Part shown: one piece after another, positions 32,340 to 42,171 of the stretch
Position numbering within the stretch: position 1 is the first letter of the stretch
Layout: each line of letters starts with the position of its first letter
Assembly: GCA_965216755.1 (NCBI GenBank)
Contig: CBDCGL010000011.1
Span: 3,776,001-3,840,000 of the forward strand
Direction of reading: 5' to 3'
From: Alphaproteobacteria bacterium
GTDB lineage: Bacteria; Pseudomonadota; Alphaproteobacteria; UBA7887
DNA length: 64,000 nucleotides
Made by a program: the position numbers and the translations under genes
Notes under the pieces: generated by a model
Database searches by the model: none
The model's input: only the letters and a program-made list of their open reading frames with translations
Told to the model about the DNA's origin: nothing

Positions 32340-33715
32340 TGGCGCGGGCGCCAGGCGGTGGCGGGCGGGCGCGCGCCCGAACTTGGCTGGCGATAACGCT
32401 GGTCGGCTGGGTGGTCTTTGTCATCGCGTGTGCGTTGAGCGTGCTCGGGCCGCGCCTCGCCATGCCGTTATGGTCGACTGTGATTGCGCTCGTCGCTGCC
32501 ATGGTGCTGTCCGGTTTCGGATTGTGGCGGCTCAGCCGCCATGTCGAGCGGCTCTACGACGGCTTGGATCGTGTGCGCGGTGACTTGCTCATGGTCACGG
32601 CGCACCGTGCGCCGCCGGGATTGCCGCGCGCTGACGCCGGGCGCGATCGCACGGCGGAAGGGCTGGCGCGCTTGGTCGCGTCGCTCGGCGACTCATTGGC
32701 AGAAACGGCGGCGCGGCCGGATCGGCGCTTGGCAGCCGTGGTCGCGGCCTTGCCAAGTGCCGTGGTCGTGGTGACCAACAGCGGCCAAGTGAGCTTGGTG
32801 AACGGCGCCGCAAAGACTTTGCTGGGCGCTGCGCGCGTCACGGCCGGGACCAGCATCTTCGCCGCGTTGCACCGTTCTGAGGTGACCGAGGCCATGGCGC
32901 GCGCACGCGATCATCAGGGTCCGCTGGCGATCGACCTCGCGACTGTCGACGCGCGCCGGCTTGCCGCTCATGTCATCGACTTGGGCGGCCATGACGGTGC
33001 CGTGTTTGCCTTTACGGCGTCGGCGATTGACGGCGTCGGCGAGCTCGACCATGCGCTCGATCTCCACGACCGGGCGCCACGACGGCCGCCGCCGACCGAT
33101 GCCATGTCGCTGCGCGATCTACCGATATTGGCGCTCGATACCGAAACCACCGGTCTTGACGTCAGCGGCGATTCGGTGGTGGCGATTGGTGCGGTATGCA
33201 TGGTTGGGCCGGATATTTTTCGGGCCGACGTGATCGACCTGTTGGTCAAGCCGCCGCGTCCGATTCCGGCCCGGTCGACGCGCATTCACGGCATCATCGA
33301 TGGCATGGTCGCGAACGCGTCACCATTCGTGGACCATTGGCCGGCCGTGTCGGCGCTGATGGTGGACCGGGTTGTGCTGGGTCATAATATCGGCTTCGAC
33401 GTGGCGATATTGTCGCAAGAGGCACAGCGTGCCGGGTTGGCCTGGTCGGCGCCGCCGAGCTTGGATCTGTTGCACCTGATCGCGGCACTGGAGCCACGAA
33501 CATTTCCGCCCAGCCTGGACGGACTTGCCAACCAATTGGGCGTTGCCGTCACGGGGCGTCACACCGCATTGGGCGACGCATTGGTGGCCGCCGAAATCTG
33601 GCGCCGATTGATTCCACGCCTGGCGGACCACGATGTCACGACATTTGGTGCGGCGAAGGCGTTCGCAGCCCGTGCCAAGGTGATCATTCGCCAGCAAAAG
33701 GCGTCGGGCTGGTGA
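32339..33715 (+). CDS. Membrane-anchored PAS-like + DEDDh 3'-5' exonuclease-fold protein
   Basis: Two N-terminal TMs, a PAS-like segment (VVVTNSGQVSLVNGAAKTLLG), then LDTETTGL, GHNIGFD and RHTALGDA. TGATG overlap with the DUF294 gene. Confidence 0.85.
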   Translation: MARAPGGGGRARARTWLAITLVGWVVFVIACALSVLGPRLAMPLWSTVIALVAAMVLSGFGLWRLSRHVERLYDGLDRVRGDLLMVTAHRAPPGLPRADAGRDRTAEGLARLVASLGDSLAETAARPDRRLAAVVAALPSAVVVVTNSGQVSLVNGAAKTLLGAARVTAGTSIFAALHRSEVTEAMARARDHQGPLAIDLATVDARRLAAHVIDLGGHDGAVFAFTASAIDGVGELDHALDLHDRAPRRPPPTDAMSLRDLPILALDTETTGLDVSGDSVVAIGAVCMVGPDIFRADVIDLLVKPPRPIPARSTRIHGIIDGMVANASPFVDHWPAVSALMVDRVVLGHNIGFDVAILSQEAQRAGLAWSAPPSLDLLHLIAALEPRTFPPSLDGLANQLGVAVTGRHTALGDALVAAEIWRRLIPRLADHDVTTFGAAKAFAARAKVIIRQQKASGW

Positions 33716-33751
33716 GCAGAATCAATAATGTAGAAGACTGATCTAAGCGTC

Positions 33752-35068
33752 CTAAGCGGCGCGATCGGTGGCGATGCGCACCATCTCGGCTATGTCGGTG
33801 AACTTGACACGCGGCCTTGCGCCGCTGGCACGGGCGATTTCGGCTGCGTCGATTTGCCGCCAATCCGCCGTCGAAACCACGGTGACACCGCGCGCCGCGA
33901 GCATCTTGTCCAATCCGTCGGGGCCCGGCTTGCCGGCCGGCTTCGGATTATCGTCGGCAATTTCTTCGACCACGGTGCGGGCATCGACCCGGTTGGTGCC
34001 GATCACGCCAGTGGGCCCGCGTTTGGCCCAGCCGACCACGTAGACGCCCGGTTCCACGCGGCCATCCTGGTTGGATACGATGCCGCGCCGGTCGTCGACG
34101 GGTAGTCCGGGAAACGGCGTCACGCGGTAACCGATGGCAGGAATCACCAGGCCGCAGTCGAGCGAAAATGTCTCTCCGGTGGGCACGGCACGGCCGTCTT
34201 CGATCCGGTTGCGGACAAGCTCCAGGCCTTCAACCCGATCCACCCCACGCACCGCGGTTGGTGAGGCGCAAAACAGCAAGTGAACCCGCACAGCGGCGGC
34301 GGCGCTGTCATTGGCCACGTAGTTCTTGAGGACCCGCAAATTGCGTTCTTGTCGCTTGATGGTATCGGCATCGCCATCTTCGGGCACATCATCCGGCAAC
34401 GGCGCGCCCGCGATCAAAGGTATGGCTTCCGTCAGCTTGCCCAACTCCGACAATTCCGGAAAGGTGAAACTGGCGTCCATCGGACCGCGTCGGCCAATCA
34501 CATAAATATCTTTCAGGGGTGCCCTTGCGATTGCCGCCGCCGCGGCGGGCACAATGTCGCTGGCGGCCAATTCATCGGCCGTCTTGGCGAGCAAACGCGC
34601 TACGTCCATCGCGACGTTGCCGTTGCCGACCACCACGGCGGTGTCGGTTTGAACGTCGTCGGTACAATCCGGCGCGCCGGGCACGCCGTTGTACCAGCCG
34701 ACAAAGTCCGTGGCGCTGATCACGCCGGCCAAATCCTCGCCCGGCACCCCTAACCGGCGCGGTTCTTGCGCGCCAACGGCCAGCACCACGACATCATAGA
34801 GCGCCTTCAATTCGTCATAGCTGATATCGCGGCCGACGCCGACATTGCCGCAAAACCGAACCCCGTCCTTGTCGAGGGTCTTTTCGAACACGCGAATAAC
34901 GTTCTTGGTGCTCTGGTGGTCGGGCGCGACCCCCGCGCGGACCAGGCCAAACGGTGTCGGCAGACGATCGATAATATCGATGCGGCAGCCCGGGCATTTC
35001 TTAATCAGGGCATCGGCGGCGTAGAGGCCGGCCGGGCCACTGCCAACGACGGCGATCGCGACACTCAT
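33752..35068 (-). CDS. Ferredoxin/flavodoxin-NADP+ reductase (adrenodoxin reductase/FprA family)
   Basis: VGSGPAG, PTPFGLVRAGVAPDH, GNGNVAMDVAR, VGWAKRGPTGVIGTN. ATGA overlap with the paaX stop. Confidence 0.9.
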   Translation of the reverse strand: MSVAIAVVGSGPAGLYAADALIKKCPGCRIDIIDRLPTPFGLVRAGVAPDHQSTKNVIRVFEKTLDKDGVRFCGNVGVGRDISYDELKALYDVVVLAVGAQEPRRLGVPGEDLAGVISATDFVGWYNGVPGAPDCTDDVQTDTAVVVGNGNVAMDVARLLAKTADELAASDIVPAAAAAIARAPLKDIYVIGRRGPMDASFTFPELSELGKLTEAIPLIAGAPLPDDVPEDGDADTIKRQERNLRVLKNYVANDSAAAAVRVHLLFCASPTAVRGVDRVEGLELVRNRIEDGRAVPTGETFSLDCGLVIPAIGYRVTPFPGLPVDDRRGIVSNQDGRVEPGVYVVGWAKRGPTGVIGTNRVDARTVVEEIADDNPKPAGKPGPDGLDKMLAARGVTVVSTADWRQIDAAEIARASGARPRVKFTDIAEMVRIATDRAA

Positions 35069-36057
35069 GCGGCGTTTGTCTCCGATCGCGGTGTCAGACC
35101 GCCGAATCGGCGAAAAAATGAAGCGTCCACTTTAGGCAACGGGCCTTCCAACGATTCAAACGCAGCTTCGGCGTAGCCTTCGGCGGCCCGCCAAATCCGA
35201 TCATAAATGTGGCGCGACAATGACCACGCCACCATTCCCGGCCATCCACTAGGCAGCAGTTCCACGGGCAGCAAAGGGTCTCTCAGCATCACGCGCCGGT
35301 AATCATGAATCAGCAAAGTGCGAATGACAAAGGCTGTTTTCGCATCCGGCTGTGGCTCTGAGGCGAGCACCCGCCATAGCGGCTGAAACCGCTGCAAAAA
35401 CTGAGTGTAGTCTACCGCCAAGGTGTTAATGGGCCACAACTGCGTGACCATGGTGGTGAGGGCATCGGCGGCCACATCGCGGCCGTGACGGCTTTCAAAA
35501 ATGACCACGTCATTGTCGAGACCCAACCTGCGCAATGTCGCATCGAGCAGGGCGCGATCGGCAGCCGGACGGGCAAAGATACCAGGCGCCATCGCGGCAA
35601 ATCCTTGCCAACCCAGTTCGCGACGCAATCGGTCACGGACATCGGATGCTGCGCCCATGGCCACGACCATGTGCCAATCTCCATGCCAAGTGCGTGTCGG
35701 TGTGCCATAGATTCGTTGGGTGGCGTGATCAAACTGTTGTAGACCGTCGTCGGTGAGGCGGTAGTAGCTGCGTCGGCCGATGCCGGTCCGGTCGAGCCAA
35801 CCGTCATTGACAAGACGTGAGACCGCCGTGCGGACCGCCCGTTCGTGAACGCCGAACCCGGTCATCGCGGTAACCAAGCTACCCAGCCATACTGATCCGC
35901 CATGGGGTGCGATGGTGTCACCAAATATGGTGACGATCAGGGATTTCGTTCTCCGATCGATCCCGCGTACCAAGCGGGTCGCTGACAATGTCGCCGAGTC
36001 GGCGGTCGGTCGGCTTGACCCGGCGGGCGCGGTCTGGATTTTCATATGGTCCTTCAT
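35065..36057 (-). CDS. paaX: PaaX family transcriptional repressor
   Basis: SLIVTIFGD...HGGSVWLGSL, RTAVSRL, W-G-W and LIHDYRRVMLRDPLLPVELLP. Start uncertain (36045-36069). Confidence 0.92.
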   Translation of the reverse strand: MKDHMKIQTAPAGSSRPTADSATLSATRLVRGIDRRTKSLIVTIFGDTIAPHGGSVWLGSLVTAMTGFGVHERAVRTAVSRLVNDGWLDRTGIGRRSYYRLTDDGLQQFDHATQRIYGTPTRTWHGDWHMVVAMGAASDVRDRLRRELGWQGFAAMAPGIFARPAADRALLDATLRRLGLDNDVVIFESRHGRDVAADALTTMVTQLWPINTLAVDYTQFLQRFQPLWRVLASEPQPDAKTAFVIRTLLIHDYRRVMLRDPLLPVELLPSGWPGMVAWSLSRHIYDRIWRAAEGYAEAAFESLEGPLPKVDASFFRRFGGLTPRSETNAA

Positions 36058-36185
36058 TTTGTGCTGCAAAAGTCCACTCAGTTCCGCGATTGTCTTGTTA
36101 CAAATTTGTCACCCTTGCCGAGTTTCGACCCATACCTTCTAAAAAACAAGATTAGTTTCAAATGTTTATGAGGCGCAGCCTATTA

Positions 36186-36224
36186 TGACACAATAATTTG
36201 TCAAATGGAAAAAAATACGTATCA
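36186..36224. promoter_or_regulatory. Putative PaaX operator
   Basis: TGACAC-N27-GTATCA in the AT-rich divergent region, the same geometry as the PaaX consensus TGATTC-N27-GAATCA. Confidence 0.65.
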
Positions 36225-36247
36225 TGATCTAAATTCATGAGCCGGAG

Positions 36248-37060
36248 GTGGACATGAAAGTCTACGACAAAGGCGACGCCTTGCCGCCGGACTACCGCGA
36301 GGCCTTGATCAACCTCATGACCTTTCAAGCCGATTCGGAGTATGCCGGGGGGCAACGCGTGGCCGAGAACATGCGCTTTGCGCCGCGCCCGGAGGAAGCC
36401 TATCGGTTGTCAAAGAAAGTTATGGAGGAGTTTGGCCACGCTTACTACGTCTGGGGCTTGCTGGCCGACCTCGGCATCGATGTCGACACCCGCTTGCAGG
36501 AGCTGGTCACCCATCCGGACAATCCGGATCGCTCGAAGGTCAATGTGATCAATGGCTTCCGTAAGGAAAACTGGTCGCCCATGTTCGACTGCTGGGAAGA
36601 TGTGGCGCTGTTTTCGACGGTGGTGACGCCGGCTGCTGTCGCCTTTTTGGGGCAGTATCGCGAATGCTCTTACAAACCATGGGCGCGCGTAAATGTGCGC
36701 ATTCATAAGGAAGAGCATGGTCATTTGGCGTTTGGCGTTTGGGCATCAAAGCGCTGTATCGAATTTGGTGGCAAAGCGGCACGCGAAAACATGCAGCAGC
36801 GGGTGCCGAAATTCATGCGCATGGGATTGGGTTTCTACGGCCGGCCGTCGCGCGGTAACAAGAAGTCAGAGATGTTCGACATCTATTACGAGTACGGCAT
36901 CAAGGTGAAACGGCCCGAGGAATTGCAGGCCGAATATCTGGAATTGCTGGAAAGCCGCTTGGCGGACGTTGGGTTGGAGATGCCGAAGGGAATCGAAGCC
37001 GACTACGATATGCGTGTCGGCTACGACGTTTCGGCACCTGAATCGACGGCCGTCGCTTGA
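36248..37060 (+). CDS. Divergent PaaA/BoxB-family ferritin-like di-iron protein (putative aryl-CoA oxygenase subunit)
   Basis: P..YR..LI..., ADSE, EEFGH and SYKPWAR...KEEHGH match PaaA ligand spacing. GGAGG RBS present. Confidence 0.85.
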   Translation: MDMKVYDKGDALPPDYREALINLMTFQADSEYAGGQRVAENMRFAPRPEEAYRLSKKVMEEFGHAYYVWGLLADLGIDVDTRLQELVTHPDNPDRSKVNVINGFRKENWSPMFDCWEDVALFSTVVTPAAVAFLGQYRECSYKPWARVNVRIHKEEHGHLAFGVWASKRCIEFGGKAARENMQQRVPKFMRMGLGFYGRPSRGNKKSEMFDIYYEYGIKVKRPEELQAEYLELLESRLADVGLEMPKGIEADYDMRVGYDVSAPESTAVA

Positions 37061-37479
37061 CAACAGCGCAACAACCAGCGCCCGCCAATCCGGTACTCGA
37101 TCGGGGCTTGCAAGCGCTGGCGCGGTTTGGCTATGGCACGGGCCGGATTGCGGCCGTGCCGGCCGCGGCGTCCGAGTCTGCGGCGCACTGGTCCGCACAG
37201 TGGGCAGACCTTGCCGGGGATTTCGCGGGCGTCGAAGCCGTACCCGCTTATGCGCGCTTGAGCCCGGACCAAGCCGCGGCGGCACGGCGCTATATGACTC
37301 TGCGCATAGAAGCCGACGCGCTGCTCGATCGTTGCCGGGCGGCACACGGCGAAATCTTGGCCGCCGGGATCACCACGGATCGGATCGAATCCTACGCCAT
37401 CGTTCGTGATGCCTATGAGGATAAGGTGGAGGCCTTTGGCGCGGCGCGTGACGCGCTGGCCGCTCTCTTGACCGCATAG
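37057..37479 (+). CDS. Hypothetical helical protein coupled to the PaaA-like gene
   Basis: TTGA overlap with the upstream stop. Ala-rich helical 140 aa, no family recognised. Confidence 0.65.
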   Translation: MTTAQQPAPANPVLDRGLQALARFGYGTGRIAAVPAAASESAAHWSAQWADLAGDFAGVEAVPAYARLSPDQAAAARRYMTLRIEADALLDRCRAAHGEILAAGITTDRIESYAIVRDAYEDKVEAFGAARDALAALLTA

Positions 37480-37609
37480 CGCCCATCGCGCGGGCGACGC
37501 GCACATTGAGTCACGAGTGCGTGCGAAACCACTTGAGCGTGAGACGGCCGATCCCAGATCATGGATTCCATGACAAAAGGCCCGGTCAAACGGGCGGGAG
37601 TGGAGTCCT

Positions 37610-38956
37610 ATGGTTGTTGGCCGGTTTCGCGACTTGTTCGCCGATCCGCGTTATGACGCGATGCCAGAGCGCGTACGTCGCAGCATCACCGCGCAACAGG
37701 CGGCCAGTGAGCTGTTGGTTGCCTGGACGCAGCTTGCGATCGTGAGTGTGTTCGCGCTGCTTTACCTGATTTCGCCAAAGACGTTTAGTGCCGATGCCAT
37801 GATTGAGCCCGTGCCATGGGCGCTGGCGGCCTATTTGTTGTTCACGGTTCTTCGGTTGGTACAAGGCTATCGGGGCGAACTGCCGCGATGGATGCGCTTT
37901 GCATCGGCGGTCGTTGATATCGCCTTGCTTATGGGGCTGATCTTCAGCTTCCACATTCAGTATCAGCAACCACCGGCGTTCATTTTGAAATCGCCGACCC
38001 TGCTTTACGTGTTTATCTTCATCGCGCTGCGCGCATTGCTTCTGGAGCCTGGTTATGTGCTCGTGACCGGCGCGGTTGCGGTGTTTGGCTGGCTGGCGAT
38101 CGTCGGTTTTGTGGCTTTTTCTGACTCCGGCCAAATGGTTATCACCCGCGACTATGTCGAGTATCTGACCTCGAACAGCGTGCTCTTGGGTGCGGAGTTC
38201 GACAAAGTCATTTCGATTATGGTGGTCACCGTGTTGATCGCGGCAGCCATGTGGCGGGCCCGCAATTTGCTGGTGCGGGCGGTTGCGGAAGGCGCGCGGG
38301 CATCGGACCTGGCACGTTTTTTTGCGCCCGAGGTGGCACGCAAAATCACCGGTTCTGAAGCGGAAATGACCGCCGGACGGGGCGACTCTCGATATGCCGG
38401 AATCCTGAATTTGGACATTCGTGGTTTCACCCGGATGGCCACCGACATGGCGCCCGACTCGCTGATTTCGTTTCTGGGCGAGTATCAGGCGCGCCTGGTG
38501 CCCGCCGTGACCAACAACAATGGCATATCGGAAAAGTTCCTGGGCGACGGCATGATGGCGTCGTTCGGGGCCGCGCGCGCGGACGAACATTGCGCGGCCA
38601 ATGCGCTGTGCGCGGCCGACGGCATCGTCGCCATGCTTGATGAGTGGAATAGGGAACGTCGTCGGGTCGGATTGGCGCCCGTGGATATCGGTATCGCTGT
38701 GACGTTCGGACCGGTGGTCGCTGGCGCGGTCGGTGGCGAAGACCGGTTGGAGTTCGCCGTCGTGGGCCACGCGGTCAACCTCGCCGCCAAACTGGAAAAG
38801 CACAATAAGGTCGAGGGCTCACGGGCGTTGTGCACCAAGGACGCCTATGAGGCCGCGCTCGCCCAGGGCTATGCGCCCCAAACGGGCCATCGCCACGCGC
38901 CGGCGCGCCACGTGGACGGCGTCGCCGAACCCATTGATCTGGTCATTCTGCATTGA
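37610..38956 (+). CDS. Membrane-bound class III adenylate/guanylate cyclase
   Basis: About 6 TMs, then LDIRGFT, EKFLGDG and VGHAVNLAAKLE. Confidence 0.9.
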   Translation: MVVGRFRDLFADPRYDAMPERVRRSITAQQAASELLVAWTQLAIVSVFALLYLISPKTFSADAMIEPVPWALAAYLLFTVLRLVQGYRGELPRWMRFASAVVDIALLMGLIFSFHIQYQQPPAFILKSPTLLYVFIFIALRALLLEPGYVLVTGAVAVFGWLAIVGFVAFSDSGQMVITRDYVEYLTSNSVLLGAEFDKVISIMVVTVLIAAAMWRARNLLVRAVAEGARASDLARFFAPEVARKITGSEAEMTAGRGDSRYAGILNLDIRGFTRMATDMAPDSLISFLGEYQARLVPAVTNNNGISEKFLGDGMMASFGAARADEHCAANALCAADGIVAMLDEWNRERRRVGLAPVDIGIAVTFGPVVAGAVGGEDRLEFAVVGHAVNLAAKLEKHNKVEGSRALCTKDAYEAALAQGYAPQTGHRHAPARHVDGVAEPIDLVILH

Positions 38957-38958
38957 TG

Positions 38959-41900
38959 TCACGTCATGGCCTCGCGGTCATCGCGCAGCACAACGTAGAT
39001 CGCGGGGATAACCAGCACGGTCAGCACGGTCGAAGAGGCCAGGCCAAACAGCAACGAAATCGCCAGGCCCTGGAAGATCGGGTCGAACAGGATCACGGCG
39101 GCGCCGATCATCGCCGCCAGCGCGGTCAGCATGATCGGCTTGAAGCGGATCGCGCCGGCATCCAGCAAAACGGCGCGCAGCGGTTTGCCGTGGTTTTGGT
39201 CGTGGCGGATGAAGTCGACCAGCAAAATCGAGTTGCGCACGATGATGCCGGCAAGGGCGATGAAGCCGATCATCGAGGTGGCTGTGAACGGCGCACCGAA
39301 CAGCCAATGACCCGGGACGATGCCGATCAATGTCAGGGGTATCGGTGTCAAAACAACGAGCGGCAGGCGAAATGACCCGAATTGGCCGACGACCAGCACG
39401 TAAATGGCCAGGATCGCAACCGCGAAGGCCGCGCCCATGTCGCGGAACGTGACGTAAGTGATCTCCCACTCGCCGTCCCATAGCAATGTCACCTTCGATT
39501 CGTCGCCAGGCTGGCCGTAGAGCTGGATGTCCGGTTTGGGCAGATCGCCCCACGGGTGACTGTCGATCCGTTCCGCCACGTCGATCATGCCGTAGATCGG
39601 CGCTTCATATGCGCCGGCAAGTTCGCCCATGACCATTTCGGTGAAGCGCCCGTTGCGGCGGAACAACGGCAGCGATCCGGTTTCTTCGCTGACCGTGACG
39701 ACATCGCCGAGTTCGACAATGCCGCGATGGCCGGGCATGGCGTTGGCGGGCACCGGGGTCGATGCCAGCCGTTCGTGCCATGTGAGGTCGCGTTTTGGCA
39801 AGCGCACCGCGATTTCTACGGGGTTGCGACCCGCGCCACGGTGCGAATAGCCAACCGGCACACCGCTTAGCAAGGCGCGGACTGTATCGTACACGTCGCG
39901 CTGCTCGACGCCGAAGTGCTCAAGCTGGTCTTGGTCGATGGCCAGTCGCAAACGGGGCCGTGGCGCGCCGATCGAATCGTCATGGTCGACGATAAACGGC
40001 ACTTCGGCGAAAATCTTGCGGATTTCGCCGGCAACCGTGCGGCGGGTTTCGGCGTCGGGGCCATAGATCTCGGCAAGCAGTGTGGCGAGGACTGGCGGGC
40101 CCGGTGGGACTTCGACAACCTTGACCACGGTGCCGGCGGGGACCGGCAGGTCAGCCAACCGCGCACGGACGTCCAGAGCAATCGCATGGCTGGCCCGATC
40201 GCGTTCGCCCTTGGGCACCAGATTTATCTGTAAATCACCCAGTTCCGGCGACCGGCGCAAATAGGAATGGCGCACCAGGCCATTGAAATTAAACGGCGCC
40301 GCCGTACCTGCGTAGACCTGCATGGAAACCACTTCGGGCACAGAGGCGAGACGACGACCGGCGGCAAAAAGAACCCGCTCGGTGTCCTCAAGGCTGGCGC
40401 CTTCCGGCAAATCGACAACCACCTGTAGTTCCGACTTGTTGTCGAACGGCAGTAGTTTGACCGTCACCGATTTGGTGGCGAACAAAAACGCAGCGGCCAG
40501 GGTGCCAAGTCCGACCAGCACCAAGAAAGCGAGAGCGCCGAGGCGCGTGCCGATGATCGGCCGGGCGACCACCCGATAGATGCGGCCGAGCGCGCCAACG
40601 TGATCATGGCCGTGGTGCCCGGACGACGTAGCGGTCGCGCGCGGCGCCAATTTTAGCATCAGCCAGGGCGCGATCGTGACCGCGACAAAAAATGAAAACA
40701 GCATCGCCGCCGACGCGTTGACAGGTATTGGCGCCATGTATGGCCCCATCAGGCCGGACACGAACAGCATCGGCAGCAAGGCCGCGATCACGGTCAATGT
40801 GGCGATGATGGTCGGGTTGCCAACCTCGGCGACGGCTTCTATGGCGGCTTGCGCGCGGCTCCGGCCATCCGCCATTTGCCAATGGCGGGCGATATTCTCG
40901 ATCAGAACGATGGCATCGTCGACCAGGATGCCAATCGCGAAAATCAGTGCAAACAGGCTGACGCGATTGATCGTGTAGCCCATCAGATTGGCGGCGAATA
41001 AGGTCAACAAGATCGTGGTCGGGATCACCACCAGGGTCACCAGCGCCTCGCGCCGCCCGATCGCCACGGCGATCAAGAACACGATCGAGATGGTGGCGAG
41101 TGCCAGGTGAAACAACAGCTCGTTGGCTTTTTCATCGGCGGTTTCGCCATAGTCGCGTGTAATGTGGACGTCGATCTCGGGCGGAATCAGCGGTCCGCGC
41201 AGCCGGTCGATCGCGGCGCGCAGTTCCTCGGCGATGTCCACCGCGTTGGCGCCGGCGCGCTTGGCCACGGCCAGGCTGGCGGCGGGCGTGGCCAAGGGCT
41301 GGCCGTTGGGGCGCGGCACCATGTGCCATACCCGATGCTCGGCAACGCTGGGGCCGACAACGACCGCCGCGACGTCGTTGACATAGACAGGACGTCCATC
41401 GCGGGTGGTCAGCATCAAAAGGCCGATATCGGGAACGCCGCTAAGGGTTTGGCCCGCGGCTACCGTGCGCATCTGGCCCCCTTTGCGCACTTCACCGGCG
41501 ACAAAGGAACGGTTGGCGCCGCGCACTTTGGCGATCAGTTGCTGCAAGGTGACACCATATTGGGTCAGCCGCTCCGGGTCGGGCTCAATGCGGATCTGTT
41601 CCGGCGTGCCGCCGACGACGTAACTCAGCCCGGTCTCGGGCACTTTGGTCAGCTCAGCGCGCAGTTCGTCGGCGAGTTGATAGAGATCCTTGTCGGTCCA
41701 GCGCGCGGCCGCGGCCGGCTGTGGCGTCAAGGTGATGACCACGACGGCGACGTCATTGATGCCGCGACCGATGACCAGCGGCTCGGCGATGCCGATGGGG
41801 ATTTGGTCGTAGTTGGCGCGAATTTTCTCGTGGACGCGCAGAATCGCGTCGTCGGCGTCGGTACCGACCAAAAAGCGGGCCGTGACGATGACGCGATCGT

Positions 41901-42171
41901 CCAAGCTTTGGCTGTAGATATGCTCGACACCGTCGATCCCCGTCACAATGGCTTCGAGAGGTTTGGTCACCAGCTCGACGGCGTCGGCGGCCAGTAGACC
42001 GTCGGCGGCGACCAATATGTCGACCATGGGCACGCTGATTTGCGGCTCCTCTTCGCGCGAGATTGTCAGCAGCGCCAGAAGGCCCAGGGCGAGGGCGGCG
42101 AAAAGGAACAGGGGCGTCAACGGCGCGCGGATCGAGGCGCGGGTCAGATACCCGGAAAGGCCAAGCTTCAT
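38959..42171 (-). CDS. RND efflux permease (AcrB/AcrD/AcrF family)
   Basis: 1070 aa, REEEPQI, GILVDDAIV, GIIVRNSILLVDF, RFKPIMLT. Confidence 0.94.
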   Translation of the reverse strand: MKLGLSGYLTRASIRAPLTPLFLFAALALGLLALLTISREEEPQISVPMVDILVAADGLLAADAVELVTKPLEAIVTGIDGVEHIYSQSLDDRVIVTARFLVGTDADDAILRVHEKIRANYDQIPIGIAEPLVIGRGINDVAVVVITLTPQPAAAARWTDKDLYQLADELRAELTKVPETGLSYVVGGTPEQIRIEPDPERLTQYGVTLQQLIAKVRGANRSFVAGEVRKGGQMRTVAAGQTLSGVPDIGLLMLTTRDGRPVYVNDVAAVVVGPSVAEHRVWHMVPRPNGQPLATPAASLAVAKRAGANAVDIAEELRAAIDRLRGPLIPPEIDVHITRDYGETADEKANELLFHLALATISIVFLIAVAIGRREALVTLVVIPTTILLTLFAANLMGYTINRVSLFALIFAIGILVDDAIVLIENIARHWQMADGRSRAQAAIEAVAEVGNPTIIATLTVIAALLPMLFVSGLMGPYMAPIPVNASAAMLFSFFVAVTIAPWLMLKLAPRATATSSGHHGHDHVGALGRIYRVVARPIIGTRLGALAFLVLVGLGTLAAAFLFATKSVTVKLLPFDNKSELQVVVDLPEGASLEDTERVLFAAGRRLASVPEVVSMQVYAGTAAPFNFNGLVRHSYLRRSPELGDLQINLVPKGERDRASHAIALDVRARLADLPVPAGTVVKVVEVPPGPPVLATLLAEIYGPDAETRRTVAGEIRKIFAEVPFIVDHDDSIGAPRPRLRLAIDQDQLEHFGVEQRDVYDTVRALLSGVPVGYSHRGAGRNPVEIAVRLPKRDLTWHERLASTPVPANAMPGHRGIVELGDVVTVSEETGSLPLFRRNGRFTEMVMGELAGAYEAPIYGMIDVAERIDSHPWGDLPKPDIQLYGQPGDESKVTLLWDGEWEITYVTFRDMGAAFAVAILAIYVLVVGQFGSFRLPLVVLTPIPLTLIGIVPGHWLFGAPFTATSMIGFIALAGIIVRNSILLVDFIRHDQNHGKPLRAVLLDAGAIRFKPIMLTALAAMIGAAVILFDPIFQGLAISLLFGLASSTVLTVLVIPAIYVVLRDDREAMT

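Noticed and set aside
32339-33715. dnaQ (DNA polymerase III epsilon)
   Set aside because: TM and PAS-like N-terminus plus coupling to DUF294 indicate a different DEDDh family.
36248-37060. Calling this gene, or 54313-55080, canonical paaA or paaC
   Set aside because: Both are too divergent, have ligand substitutions, and lack the paaABCDE operon context.
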